Part shown: positions 1-9,767 of the stretch, piece after piece
Layout: each line of letters begins with the position of its first letter
Position numbering within the stretch: the first letter of the stretch is position 1
Origin: an uncultured cyanobacterium
GTDB taxonomy: Bacteria; Cyanobacteriota; Cyanobacteriia; PCC-6307; Cyanobiaceae
Assembly (NCBI GenBank): GCA_963697335.1
Contig: CAVONQ010000002.1
Span: 249,704-313,703, forward strand
Direction of reading: 5' to 3'
Length of the DNA stretch: 64,000 bases
Position numbers and translations under genes: made by a program
The notes under the pieces: generated by a model
Database searches by the model: none
The model's input: only the letters and a program-made list of their open reading frames with translations
Told to the model about the DNA's origin: nothing

Positions 1-738
1 GCCCACCGGCGGACGGGGGGCAGTCGGCGCTGGAGGAGAGTGGCCGTGGCTGCTGCTGAAGCCGCCGGCAGGCCGAAGCCGGCGGAACACCCGGTAGCCC
101 CGCCGCACCAAGGCCAGGAGGGGCCCAGGCGCCCGCAGCCCCGTGGGCGCGATCAGGGGCCGATACAGCACGTGGTAGGCCCAGCGCAGATCCCGCCAGG
201 CCCGGCAAGGGGTGGGGTCGAGGAAGTCGGAGATGTCCACGATGTGGCCCCGGCCACGGTGCTGCACGACATTGCGGCCATGCACGTCGTGCCCGTGCAG
301 GCCCCGGCTCTCGGCATGGGCGATGGCGGCGTCCACGTCGTCCAGCACCTGGGGCGGAATCGGGATTCCCAGTCGGACGCAGTCGTAGAGGGTGTGGCCG
401 AGCAGACGCTGGAGCACGAGGTAGCCGGCGCCGACGTGATGGCAGCGGGAAAAGGCCGGATGGTTGCCGATGCGGCGGTACACCTCGGCTTCCTCGGCCA
501 GGCCCGGGCGACCTGGGGCGTAGACCTTCACGACCAGCTGACAGTGGCGCGGATGCAGCAGCACCGCAGCGAAGTTTCCGGTACCGAGGATGCACCAAGG
601 CCGGGGCAGCCGCTTCACCACCACCGGGTCGCGCGGGTCGGGGCTGTGGAGCAGCAGCTCCGGCAGCAGCACGGACTCCACCTCCGCCAGGAAGGGCTGG
701 AGAGCCGGCAGGTCGAACCCGGCGTCGGCAGCGGACAT
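1..738 (-). CDS. Ser/Thr protein kinase-like protein (YrzF-like), 3' end outside the window
   Basis: Not in the ORF track. Manual translation from ATG 738 is open to base 1 and gives LGTGNFAAV (Gly loop), VVKVYAPGRPG, HGHDVHGRNVV (catalytic loop) and IVDISDF. Confidence 0.75.
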   Translation of the reverse strand, partial: MSAADAGFDLPALQPFLAEVESVLLPELLLHSPDPRDPVVVKRLPRPWCILGTGNFAAVLLHPRHCQLVVKVYAPGRPGLAEEAEVYRRIGNHPAFSRCHHVGAGYLVLQRLLGHTLYDCVRLGIPIPPQVLDDVDAAIAHAESRGLHGHDVHGRNVVQHRGRGHIVDISDFLDPTPCRAWRDLRWAYHVLYRPLIAPTGLRAPGPLLALVRRGYRVFRRLRPAGGFSSSHGHSPPAPTAPRPPVG

Positions 739-852
739 GGCGGGCACGGCAGAGGGGACGGGCCTTCGCGAGCGCAAGCTAAGCACCACGTCGCGCTAAC
801 GGCGCACCGATGAAGCCATCAAGCAGAATCGAAAACCCGCTGTTGCGACCCC

Positions 853-1944
853 GTGTCGTCTTCCCTGGTGAGCGGTGTCCAGATCGTTCTGGGCATCGCT
901 CTGCTCTTCGGTGGTGGAGAGCTGTTCGTGGCCGGGTCCGTGGCCCTCTCGCTGCTGCTGGGCATCCCACAGATCGTGATCGGCCTCACGGTGGTGTCGC
1001 TGGGCACCAGCGCCCCGGAGCTGTTCGTGAGCCTGATTTCCACCATCCAGGGGAATCTCGGCATGGCCGGTGCCGACAACCTGGCAGTCAGCAACATCGT
1101 GGGCAGCAACATCTTCAACGTGCTGGTGGTGCTCGGCCTCAGCGCCATGATCATGCCCCTGCGCGTTCAGAGCCGCCTGGTGCGGCGTGATGTGCCCCTG
1201 CTGCTGGGGGTGTCGATGGCGGTGTGGGGGATGGCCTCGGGCGGACGCGTCACCTGGCAGGCGGGTACGGCCCTGCTCGTGGCGACCGTGATGAACATCG
1301 TGTGGGAGATGCGCACCGCCCGGGAGAATCCGGAGGAAGGCAACGAGATCGACGCCTCCGAGCGCAGCACCCCCCAGGTGGCCGCGGTGAAGCTGGCGGC
1401 AGGCCTGGCGTTGCTGGTGGGTGGATCCCAGCTGCTGGTGCAGGGCGCCACGGCGGCGGCTCTGGCCCTGGGGGTGAGCACCACCGTGATCGGCCTCACG
1501 ATCGTGGCCGCCGGCACCTCGATGCCGGAGCTGATCACCTCTCTGGTGGCGGCCTACCGGGGCAAGGCCGACCTGGCTATCGGCAACGTAGTGGGCAGCA
1601 ATCTGCTCAACCAGCTGGTGATCCTGGGCCTCTGCGCCACCGTGTCCGGCACCCGGGGCCTGGGGGTGGATCCGGTGATGATCCAGCGCGACCTGCCGAT
1701 CATGGTGCTCACCACCATCGCTTGCCTGCCGATCTTCTGGACCCAGGGGGTGATCACGCGCCTGGAAGGGGGAGTGCTGGTGGCGCTGTACGGCGCCTAT
1801 CTGGTGGAGCAGCTGCTGCTGAGCATCGCGCCGGGCTATTCCGACGAATTCCGCCTGCTCGTGCTGGTGGTGATCGTGCCTGCGTTGATGGTGTTCCTCA
1901 GCTGGCAGGTACTGGCATGGCGGGAGGCGCGCCGTTCTCCCTAA
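853..1944 (+). CDS. Calcium/sodium antiporter (CaCA, YrbG-like)
   Basis: Two alpha repeats GTSAPEL/GTSMPEL and (S/G)N(I/V)VGSN; hydrophobic throughout. Confidence 0.92.
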   Translation: MSSSLVSGVQIVLGIALLFGGGELFVAGSVALSLLLGIPQIVIGLTVVSLGTSAPELFVSLISTIQGNLGMAGADNLAVSNIVGSNIFNVLVVLGLSAMIMPLRVQSRLVRRDVPLLLGVSMAVWGMASGGRVTWQAGTALLVATVMNIVWEMRTARENPEEGNEIDASERSTPQVAAVKLAAGLALLVGGSQLLVQGATAAALALGVSTTVIGLTIVAAGTSMPELITSLVAAYRGKADLAIGNVVGSNLLNQLVILGLCATVSGTRGLGVDPVMIQRDLPIMVLTTIACLPIFWTQGVITRLEGGVLVALYGAYLVEQLLLSIAPGYSDEFRLLVLVVIVPALMVFLSWQVLAWREARRSP

Positions 1945-1976
1945 CTTCAACCGTGCGCCACTCCCAACCAGACTCC

Positions 1977-2273
1977 ATGCCGGCTTTCCAGCTCCTGATC
2001 CGGGCCGTGGCGTTCGCGGCAGCATCGCTTGTTCTGGCCTCCTGCGGCCCTCCGGATACCCAGGCTCTGCAGCGCCTGGCCTGTCAGCAGGCTGGCGCCA
2101 ACCTCGACATGCAGTCGCTCACCCAGATGGAGGCCCTGCGCAAGGCTCTGGGCCTGGCACCGGATGTGGATCCAATCGCGGCCTGCCGCGCGGTCGGGGT
2201 GGAGCTGAATCCGTCGCCCACCACCCCTCAGTCTGCGGATCAACCCGAGGCCGGCTCCAACCGAGAGGAGTGA
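1977..2273 (+). CDS. Small putative lipoprotein
   Basis: MPAFQLLIRAVAFAAASLVLASC: signal peptide with lipobox LASC. Confidence 0.6.
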   Translation: MPAFQLLIRAVAFAAASLVLASCGPPDTQALQRLACQQAGANLDMQSLTQMEALRKALGLAPDVDPIAACRAVGVELNPSPTTPQSADQPEAGSNREE

Positions 2274-2398
2274 GGCATCCAGCCGCGACCGGCGTGGTGA
2301 GTGGCTGGCAGATCCGCCGCCGCTGGACGCTCCTCACCAACATGCCCCCTGGATTCGGATCCGTTGCACCCCACGTGCACCGCTCTGTTGCTGCTTGC

Positions 2399-2835
2399 CC
2401 CCTGGCCCTCGAGCCCGTTGAGGCCGGCCTGACGGACCGGCAGCCGGCCCGCCCCGGCGAATCGATCTTCGCCCGCGGCATCGGCCGGGACATCCTCAGG
2501 GTCGGTGTGATCTTCGCCCTGATCGTGATCGCCCTGATGGTGTGGAGCTACCGCACCCAGGGGCCCGACGGGCCCTGGAAGACGATGGTGTTCACCACCC
2601 TCTGCCTGGCCCACATGGGCCAGGCCCTCTCGGCCCGCAGCGACCGCCCCCTGATCCAGGTCAATCCTTTCAGCAACCCCTGGCCAGTTTCTTCGGCACG
2701 GTGCCCCTGGCGGCCGAGGATCTGCTGGTCTGCGTGGGGGTGAGCCTGGTGTTCTTCGTGGTTCTGGAAACGGACAGGATCGTGCGGCTGTGGTGGCGCA
2801 GTGCCACCTCCGATTCCCCTGCCGTTCAGGGTTGA
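2399..2835 (+). pseudogene. C-terminal remnant of a cation-transporting P-type ATPase
   Basis: ALEPVE...ESIFARG...WKTMVFTTLCLAHMGQALSARS...NPFSNP, then a frame change to LASFFGTVPL...VVLE; no N-terminal domains. Confidence 0.75.
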
Positions 2836-2843
2836 TTCCCTCC

Positions 2844-3503
2844 ATGCTGTCCGTGATCGAACAGGTGCCGCAGCTGATCCTGGCGGCGGTCGAGACCACC
2901 CCCCTGCTGGGCTACGGCGCCATCGCCCTGGTGATGCTGCTGGAGAACGTGGTGCCGCCGATCCCCTCGGAGGTGGTGATGCCCCTGGCGGGGTTCCTGA
3001 TTCAGCAGGGGAAGCTGGAGGTGGTGCCCACCGTCCTCGCCGGACTGCTGGGCACGGTGCTGGGGGCCTGGTTCTGGTATGGCGTCGGCAGGATGGTCAA
3101 CGAGAAGCGCCTCGAGCGCTGGCTGGAGCGACACGGCCGCTGGTTCGGCCTGAGGCCGGAGGATCTGGCCCGCAGCCGCCGCTGGTTCAACCGCCATGGC
3201 GTGGCGGTGGTGTTCTGGGGCCGCATCATTCCGGGCGTACGCACCTTGGTGTCGCTCCCGGCCGGCATCGAGCTGATGCCGCAGCCCCTGTTCCTGGCCT
3301 GGACCACCGCGGGCAGCCTGATCTGGATCCTGGCGCTCACCCTGGCGGGGCAGGCGCTTGGAGCCAGCTACGGCCGGGTGATGACCTGGCTGAAGCCGTT
3401 GGGGTCCATCGTGGCGATCACGCTGGTGGCCGCCGGGCTGCTGCTTCTGGTCGGGTACCTGCGCCGAAGGCGGCAGCGCCAATCCCTACCACCGATGCGG
3501 TGA
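2844..3503 (+). CDS. DedA family membrane protein
   Basis: ENVVPPIPSEVVMPLAG and GRIIPGVRTLVSLPAG motifs. Confidence 0.92.
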   Translation: MLSVIEQVPQLILAAVETTPLLGYGAIALVMLLENVVPPIPSEVVMPLAGFLIQQGKLEVVPTVLAGLLGTVLGAWFWYGVGRMVNEKRLERWLERHGRWFGLRPEDLARSRRWFNRHGVAVVFWGRIIPGVRTLVSLPAGIELMPQPLFLAWTTAGSLIWILALTLAGQALGASYGRVMTWLKPLGSIVAITLVAAGLLLLVGYLRRRRQRQSLPPMR

Positions 3504-3514
3504 GCAGCGCCGGC

Positions 3515-3742
3515 TCACTCGTCCTGCTTGCTGGCGGCCATCGGCGGATCCGAGATCAGGTGCAGATCCACTTGAAGCCCCTTCAGGCAGTGCTGCAGAC
3601 GCTCGGAGAGGGTGCGCCGCAGCACCGCCTGGCGCCTTGAGCGCAGGGTCTGTCCCATCACGATCTGGGTGATCCGCCGCTCGGCGACGATGCGGGCAAT
3701 GCTGCCGAGCACATCAGCGCTCTCCACCCGCAGCAACCTCAT
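3515..3742 (-). pseudogene. Remnant of a KdpD-type USP domain
   Basis: LRVESADVLGSIARIVAERRITQIVMGQT...VDLHLI resembles the KdpD USP domain; upstream part missing. Confidence 0.6.
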
Positions 3743-3902
3743 GGCCGCTTCCTGGATCCTTCCCAAGAAGGGTGGTTGCGCTCCGCCATGACCAGCCTGA
3801 GATAGATGCTCCAGAGCGGGAGGAGTCCGACCTCCGCGGGGCCGAGAAGGCACCTGCGGTGTCGGTACTGCTTTTTGCCATAGCATTAATGTCGGGTACC
3901 TG

Positions 3903-4058
3903 TGGCCTATTTCCGCTACCGATCGCCCCGATCTCAAGCTGTCCAGCAGCGACAAACAGCTGTTCGTGATGGCTGACGCTCTCGAGGGCATCTCTGTGGC
4001 TGCGTTCGTGCGACCTGCCGCCAAGCAGAAGGCAGCAGAGGCCATCCAGCGTGATTGA
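3903..4058 (+). pseudogene. Truncated DUF1778 (TacA-type RHH) antitoxin
   Basis: Manual translation ATDRPDLKLSSSDKQLFVMADALEGISVAAFVRPAAKQKAAEAIQRD*; no clean start; directly precedes a GNAT gene. Confidence 0.6.
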
Positions 4059-4371
4059 GCGGTGTCCCTATCCCAGGCGCCACAACCGCTCCAACTTCGA
4101 CAGCGGCGAGCCGATCCCCTGCTTTCGCATGGGTCGTCTGGCCAGGGATCTGCGCTGGCGTGGGGAGGGGATCGGCTCGCTGCTGGTCGGCCTTGCCGTT
4201 GAGCGCCGTCTGCAGGTTCGACAATCTGTGGGCGGCTATGCCCTGATCGTCGATGCCATAGGCGATGCCTCGAAGAGCTTCTACCTCCATTACAGCTTTC
4301 AGCCCTACCTCGACCCCCCCCCTCAGCCTCTCCCTCCCGCTTGGAGGACAGCCAGGCCAGGCCAGGCCTGA
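4051..4371 (+). pseudogene. Internally deleted GNAT acetyltransferase toxin (TacT/AtaT-like)
   Basis: HNRSNFDSGEP joined directly to IPCFRMGRLARD..RGEGIG...LIVDA...FY; central segment missing. Confidence 0.65.
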
Positions 4372-4527
4372 GCCCTGATGACGCTGACGCATGGGGATGT
4401 TGAAGGGTTCCTTGAGTCCGAATCGGAAAGCTTGCCCGTCCTTCGTGACCATCAGCGCTGACTCTCCGCCATGACCGGATCTCAACAAGTGACCTGAGCG
4501 GGACGGCTGAGGTCTGTCAGTGATCTG

Positions 4528-5535
4528 TCAGTCGGTCAGCACTTGCTTGAGCGCAACGCGGTCGACCTTGCCACTGGGGTTCAGGGGAATCTCCCTGAGC
4601 ACCACAATCTCCTCGGGAGCCTTGTAGCCAATGCGTTCGCGGGCAAAGCGGATCAAGTCACACCTTGATGGCACTGGGGCAACCTGCTGGAGCGTGATGG
4701 AAGAGAGCACGTTCTCGCCATGCATCTCGTCATGGATGCCGATTGCACCGGCCAGTTCCACGGCAGGGTGTTCGCACAACGCCTTCTCCACATCCTGGGG
4801 GCAGATCTTGGAGCCGTCGTGCACGATGCTCTGCTTGCGCCGACCACAGAACCAGAGATAGCCGTCTGCATCGGCCCGTGTCTCGTCGCCGGTGTCCAGC
4901 CAGCCCCCAAGGAGTGTCTCGGCTATGGCGGAGGGGTTGTCCCAGTAGCCCGTCATCGCAGAAGCTGAACGCAGCCAGACCCGGCCCACTGAACCGATCC
5001 GGTTCTCCCCGGAGGGGGGCGACACCGTGGCGACCCCGCACTCGCTCATGCGAGGCACTCGTCGATGGCAAAGGCCACGGAGGCCTCGAAATCCCGCCGC
5101 AGCTGCACCGGGACCTTGTCACCACCTGAGAGGCAGAGGCGCACAGGGGAGAAGTCCCGGGGATTGAGGTTCCGGTCATGCATCAGCCCCAGGGGAAGTG
5201 ATCCCGCCAGATCTGTGGCGTCCAGCTCGGCGCGGTGCTCATGGTGGTACAGCAACAACACCGCCCCGCTGACCTTCAGGGCATGGTCCATCTCCGGCAC
5301 CCATAGCGGTAGTTGAGTGGGGTGATCACCAGGCCCAGCCGGTTGGGCATGAGAGATGCCACCCGTTCTCCCTGCTGGAGCGGCAGGCCTGCATAGACCC
5401 CCACCAAGCGCTCCACCTGTTGCTCCAGCTCCTGCCAGCGGAGGCTGGTCCGCGGCTCCTGGAGGGCTGGTCCGGTGGGATCGCGGTCCAACCCCACGTC
5501 CAGCAGCCGATCGAGACGGTCGGGAAGTGTGAGGG
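4528..5535 (-). pseudogene. Fragmented class I adenylate-forming enzyme (acyl-CoA ligase)
   Basis: Three separate fragments: GERVASLMPN/TPLNYRY; PEMDHAL; GYW..GWLDTGD..DADGYLWFCGRRK..PLNPSGKVDR. Confidence 0.8.
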
Positions 5536-5540
5536 GCCGC

Positions 5541-6653
5541 TCAGCAGCAGCCGCCCGGCTCCGTGATCGGGGTGGAGGAGGGGGCCGAGCCCTGGGAGCT
5601 GAACGGCAGAGCCCCTCCGCAGCCGGGGAACAGGCCGTAGTGCTGGCTGAAGTCGCCGATGAAGCTGAAGTGCTCAGCGAAGCGGCTCTCCGCCAGCATG
5701 CGGTAGGTGTTGCCGCACACCGGGAACACACGGCCCGTCTCGATGCTGTGGTGCTTGTCGAACTCCAGCCGATGGGGCTGGCCCGGCACGCTGCCGCGAT
5801 AGATCACCGCCTGGCCGTGGTCCTCGCAGGCGTCCTCGAGGCTGTCGCTGTGGAACAGGCGGTAGGTGGCTGAGAAGAACTGCAGCTCGCCGGTGCGGGC
5901 CGCCAGCTGCGGATCGGTGATCGCCAGGGGGCGGTCCTCCACCAGGCGCGGGTCGGCAAAGCCGGCCTGGCGGGCCAGGCGCAGGAAGTCGTTCCAGTAC
6001 AGGGCGCCGCCGAGGCATTCGCCGTAGAGCACCGGATCGAGGCGCAGCGCCTCAGGCACCCGCCGGTCGGCATAGACATCGGCGAAATAGAACTCGCCCC
6101 CCGGCCGCAGCAAGCGGCGCACGCCGCTCAGCACCGCCAGCTTGTCGGTGCTCAGGTTCACCACGCAGTTGGACACCACCACATCGAAGCTGCCAGGCTC
6201 CAGGCCCAGGGCGTCGAGCTGCTCGATCCGCCCCTCCAGCAACTGCACGTTGGCAAAGCCGAACTGCTCGGCATGGAAGCCCTGGTGCTCCCGGGCCACC
6301 GCCAGCTGCTCGGCGGTCATGTCCACCCCCACCACGCTGCCCGTGGGGCCCACCAGCTGGGAGAGCAGGTAGACGTCGCGGCCGCTGCCGCAGCCCAGAT
6401 CCAGCACCCGGGCGCCCTCCAGCAGGGGGGGCATCACCAGGCCGCAGCCGTAGTAGCGGGCCAGCACTTCGGGATGGAGGCGGGCCAGGAGTGGTTTCAG
6501 GTCCGCCGGCAGGGCGGTGGCGTCGCAGCAGGCGCTGGTGCGCAGGTCAGCCGTGCTGCTCAGCACCGTGCCGTAGTAATGCTGCACCTGGCGGCTGAGG
6601 TCCTGGTCGGGCTGCGCAGCATCGCAGGCGGCCCGGTCACTGGTGGTGGTCAT
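5541..6653 (-). CDS. arsM: Arsenite methyltransferase-like SAM-dependent methyltransferase
   Basis: TSACC, YYGCG, VLDLGCGSG, SNCVVNL, YGECLGGA, terminal CC; adjacent to arsS. Confidence 0.85.
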   Translation of the reverse strand: MTTTSDRAACDAAQPDQDLSRQVQHYYGTVLSSTADLRTSACCDATALPADLKPLLARLHPEVLARYYGCGLVMPPLLEGARVLDLGCGSGRDVYLLSQLVGPTGSVVGVDMTAEQLAVAREHQGFHAEQFGFANVQLLEGRIEQLDALGLEPGSFDVVVSNCVVNLSTDKLAVLSGVRRLLRPGGEFYFADVYADRRVPEALRLDPVLYGECLGGALYWNDFLRLARQAGFADPRLVEDRPLAITDPQLAARTGELQFFSATYRLFHSDSLEDACEDHGQAVIYRGSVPGQPHRLEFDKHHSIETGRVFPVCGNTYRMLAESRFAEHFSFIGDFSQHYGLFPGCGGALPFSSQGSAPSSTPITEPGGCC

Positions 6654-6678
6654 GGGGAGAGGAGGGAGTCCGGGTGGG

Positions 6679-7692
6679 TCAGGCCAGGGAGCCGCTGCAG
6701 CTGGAGCCACTGCCGGCCGTGCAGCCGAAGCAATGCTCGCCCACGGCGATCGGCTGGTGCCTGGGATCCAGCCGCAGCAGATCCCTGAGATGGGGCCTGG
6801 GCTTGTCGCTGCCGCCGGCGGGCAGGTCGAGCATCTGATTGAAGTCACAGTCGAACAACTGCCCCTGCCAGTCGACGCTGATCAACGAGCGGCACATCAC
6901 CCCGTCCAGGTTGGCGTCGCGATGGCTGGAGCGCAGCAGCTCGAGGTAGCTCTCCAGCTGGCCGCTGACCCGCAGCACCGCCGCGAAGCGCTGGATCGGC
7001 ATGTTGGCCAGGGCGAACAGCTGGTTGAAGCGGATGCCGAAATCGCGCTCCAGCACCTGCTTGTATTGCGCCTCCAGCTGCTGCTGGGGCGGCGGCAGCG
7101 CGGCGCCCTGGGGGTTGTAGACGAGGTTCAGCACCAGGCCCGAGTCCGGCTGGCCGTAGCCGAGGCCCTGCAGCTGCTGCAGGCCGGCAATGCTGCGCTC
7201 GAACACGCCATCGCCGCGCTGACGGTCCACGTTGTCGGCGGAGTAACAGGGCAGGGAGGCCACCACCACCACCCCCTGGTCGGCCAGGAAGGCCGCCAGA
7301 TCCTCCTGGCCGGGTTCGCTGAGGATGGTGAGGTTGCAGCGGTCGATCACCGTCACCCCCAGCTGTCGCGCCTCCTGCACCAGCTGACGGAACAGCGGAT
7401 GCAGTTCCGGTGCGCCGCCGGTGAGATCGAGGCTGCCCAGACCCCTGGCCTTCAGCACCTGGGGGATCAGGGCCGCGGTGGCGGCGTCCATGCTCTCGGT
7501 GCGGGTCGGGCCTGCGCCCACGTGGCAGTGGCTGCAACTCTGGTTGCAGCGGTAACCCAGGTTCACCTGCAGGCAGCTGAGGGCCTGGCGCCGCAGGGCT
7601 GGAAAGCCCTGCGGGCCTGCCGAGACCCCGTTGCTGCCGCTGCTGGTGCCGGTGCTTGGACTGGTGCTGGTGCCGAGGGATGCGCTGGACAT
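6679..7692 (-). CDS. arsS: Arsenosugar biosynthesis radical SAM protein
   Basis: LQVNLGYRCNQSCSHCHV (CxxxCxxC), DLTGGAPE, C-terminal HCFGCTAGSGSSC. Confidence 0.9.
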   Translation of the reverse strand: MSSASLGTSTSPSTGTSSGSNGVSAGPQGFPALRRQALSCLQVNLGYRCNQSCSHCHVGAGPTRTESMDAATAALIPQVLKARGLGSLDLTGGAPELHPLFRQLVQEARQLGVTVIDRCNLTILSEPGQEDLAAFLADQGVVVVASLPCYSADNVDRQRGDGVFERSIAGLQQLQGLGYGQPDSGLVLNLVYNPQGAALPPPQQQLEAQYKQVLERDFGIRFNQLFALANMPIQRFAAVLRVSGQLESYLELLRSSHRDANLDGVMCRSLISVDWQGQLFDCDFNQMLDLPAGGSDKPRPHLRDLLRLDPRHQPIAVGEHCFGCTAGSGSSCSGSLA

Positions 7693-8423
7693 CAGACGCT
7701 GGTGAGGACGCGCGGACCCCGGGGCTGATCCCCCCCCGGGCGCAGGGGTTCGAGGCTGATGCTCAGCTTGGTGGCGCTGCTGGAGGGTTCGGTCGGGATC
7801 GGCATCGACACGCTGCCGGCCAGGTCGGGCACGAACTGCACACACCCCACCTGGCGGCCGTCCACCTCGGCCCAGAGGCGGTAGGCGTGCTGGGGTGGGG
7901 GAGCCGGCAGGCCCTTCAGCTGCAACAGGTTGTAGCCCTGGTCGGCCTGCACCACCACCTGGCCGCTCACGGCACCGCTGGGGGTCATGCCCTTGAGGGC
8001 CATGGTGCGGCTCACGGGCAGGGGATCGCCCGGCGCGCCGCTGGTCGCCGGCCGCTCGGCCAGCTGCTGGCGCAGCTGCTGCACCTGCACGCCCATCAGC
8101 ACCAGAGCGCCAGCCATCGCGGCCATGGCCAGTCCAGCCCAGCGGGGGCGCGGTGTCGCCGCCGGCCGGACCGGTGCGGGGGTTGCCGGTTTGAGCAGGC
8201 GCCGCCGCAGGCGCGCCGGTGGAAGCTCCTGGTTGGGCAGGGCCAGGGGCAGCAGCTGCAGGGTGGTGGTGAGCTCGTCGAGACGCACCTGCAGGCTCGG
8301 GTTGGCAGCCAGGTGACGCTGCAGTTCCGCCTGCTCGGCCTCATCGAGGTCGCCCAGGGCGTGGCCGGCCAGCAGTTCATCGAGGGCGCTGTCGGTCGGT
8401 GGTGTCAGATCGGGTGCAGACAT
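7692..8423 (-). CDS. Anti-sigma factor (RskA-like)
   Basis: ELLAGHALGDL N-terminus, one TM segment, LPAPP..AYRLW and ISLEP..G.DQPRGP C-terminal domain. Confidence 0.85.
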   Translation of the reverse strand: MSAPDLTPPTDSALDELLAGHALGDLDEAEQAELQRHLAANPSLQVRLDELTTTLQLLPLALPNQELPPARLRRRLLKPATPAPVRPAATPRPRWAGLAMAAMAGALVLMGVQVQQLRQQLAERPATSGAPGDPLPVSRTMALKGMTPSGAVSGQVVVQADQGYNLLQLKGLPAPPPQHAYRLWAEVDGRQVGCVQFVPDLAGSVSMPIPTEPSSSATKLSISLEPLRPGGDQPRGPRVLTSV

Positions 8424-9112
8424 CAGCGGCGCCGGGAGGGAGAGGGGGTGCTGGGCTGGTCCACGGGGCCAGGACCGGCCTGAAAGTCGACCATGTGGCG
8501 CCGCAGGGCCAGCAGGCCCTGGCGGGAGCGGGTCTTCACCGTGCCCAGGGGGATCTGCAGCCGCTCCGCCACCGCAGACTGGCTCAGGCCCTGGTAGTAG
8601 GCGAGTTCCAGCACCTGCCGCTGCTTGGGATCGATCTGCGCCAGGGCCAGGGCCATGCGCTCGCCCAGGTCGGTGAGTTCGGCCCAGCGCTGGGTGCTGG
8701 GGGGCTCGTGGCCCAGCAGCTGGTGGGACCACTGCTGCACGATCTGCCAGCGGTTGCGCTGCTGGGCCAGCCGGTTCAGGGCCATCGAGCGGGTGAGCAG
8801 CAGCAGATAGGCCAGCACGGGTCCACGGCTGGGGTCATAGCTGCCCTGCCGCCAGAAGCGCAGAAACACGTCGTGCACCAGGTCTTCGGCGGCGTGGCTG
8901 CTGCGGCAGAGCCGCAGGGCCAGGCGATAGACCGCCGGGCTGTAGGCGTCGTAGAGGGAGGCCAGATCGCCGTGGTCGATCTCCAGCTCCGGTGCGTCAG
9001 CTGAGCCGGCGTGCAGCGCCGCCGACTTCCGGAAGGCACCGGTTGTTCCCCGGGCGGATGGGGGGTGCGGGGGCGCCATGGCCGTCGGGGCAAGGAGCGG
9101 ATCTGGAACCAC
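8423..9112 (-). CDS. ECF RNA polymerase sigma factor (SigK-like); start may be ATG 9079
   Basis: AEDLVHDVFLRFW (region 2); LAYYQGLSQSAVAERLQIPLGTVKTR (region 4). Confidence 0.9.
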   Translation of the reverse strand: MVPDPLLAPTAMAPPHPPSARGTTGAFRKSAALHAGSADAPELEIDHGDLASLYDAYSPAVYRLALRLCRSSHAAEDLVHDVFLRFWRQGSYDPSRGPVLAYLLLLTRSMALNRLAQQRNRWQIVQQWSHQLLGHEPPSTQRWAELTDLGERMALALAQIDPKQRQVLELAYYQGLSQSAVAERLQIPLGTVKTRSRQGLLALRRHMVDFQAGPGPVDQPSTPSPSRRR

Positions 9113-9495
9113 TACCGACGAACGGGCCGATCGGATGGCGCCTCCCGATCAATCACCAGCAGCAGGCCCCCCATGATGGCCAGATTCTTGAACAGCTGGA
9201 TCCGTTCCTGGGGATCCTCCAGGGCGGTGTGGAACACCAGGGTGGCGGGCACGAGGAACACCAGCAGCAGGGTGGCTCCCAGGCGCTGACGCCAGCCACT
9301 GATCACCAGCACGGAGCCCACGGCCATCAGGGCCATCGACACCGCCAGCACCAACCCCGGGACGGGCAGCCCCCGCTGCTGCATCTGGGCCGCCACCGCC
9401 GCGAAGCCCCCCAGCTTGCCCAGCAGGGATTGCAGGAACACCAGGCAGAGCAGGGTGCGCCCGAGGACGGCCCACCAGGAAAAGGAACGGGTCAT
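9112..9495 (-). CDS. DoxX family membrane protein
   Basis: GRTLLCLVF...LVPATLVFH...FKNLAIMGGLL. Confidence 0.85.
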   Translation of the reverse strand: MTRSFSWWAVLGRTLLCLVFLQSLLGKLGGFAAVAAQMQQRGLPVPGLVLAVSMALMAVGSVLVISGWRQRLGATLLLVFLVPATLVFHTALEDPQERIQLFKNLAIMGGLLLVIDREAPSDRPVRR

Positions 9496-9515
9496 GGCCG
9501 CGGCAGGCAGGTGGA

Positions 9516-9767
9516 TCAGGCTGGGGCCGTGCCCGGCTTGCCGGAGGCCCCCTCCCGCTGGAACAGTCCGTCGAGATAGTGACGGGCCACGGCCCGATCC
9601 TGGCAGCCCTGCTGGAACAGGAACCCCGCCAGGGCGGCCTGCATCAGGCGGTACTGGTCCCATTGGGGATGGGTGCGCACAAACTCTCCCATCGCCTCGA
9701 ACAGGTCTTCGGGGAACTGGTTCTCGATCGACACGGTGGCCGGTGCGTGGTCGGGGACGGGGCTCAT
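9516..9767 (-). CDS. DUF2811 domain protein (paralog 1)
   Basis: PEDLFEAMGEFVRTHPQWDQYRLMQAALAGFLFQQG. Confidence 0.85.
   Translation of the reverse strand: MSPVPDHAPATVSIENQFPEDLFEAMGEFVRTHPQWDQYRLMQAALAGFLFQQGCQDRAVARHYLDGLFQREGASGKPGTAPA

Noticed and set aside
40..813. Plus-strand 257-aa ORF
   Set aside because: Antisense shadow of the minus-strand kinase gene
4513..4531. TCTGTCAG direct repeat at 11-bp spacing (OmpR-type box)
   Set aside because: Lies in pseudogene debris and overlaps a stop codon; no target gene
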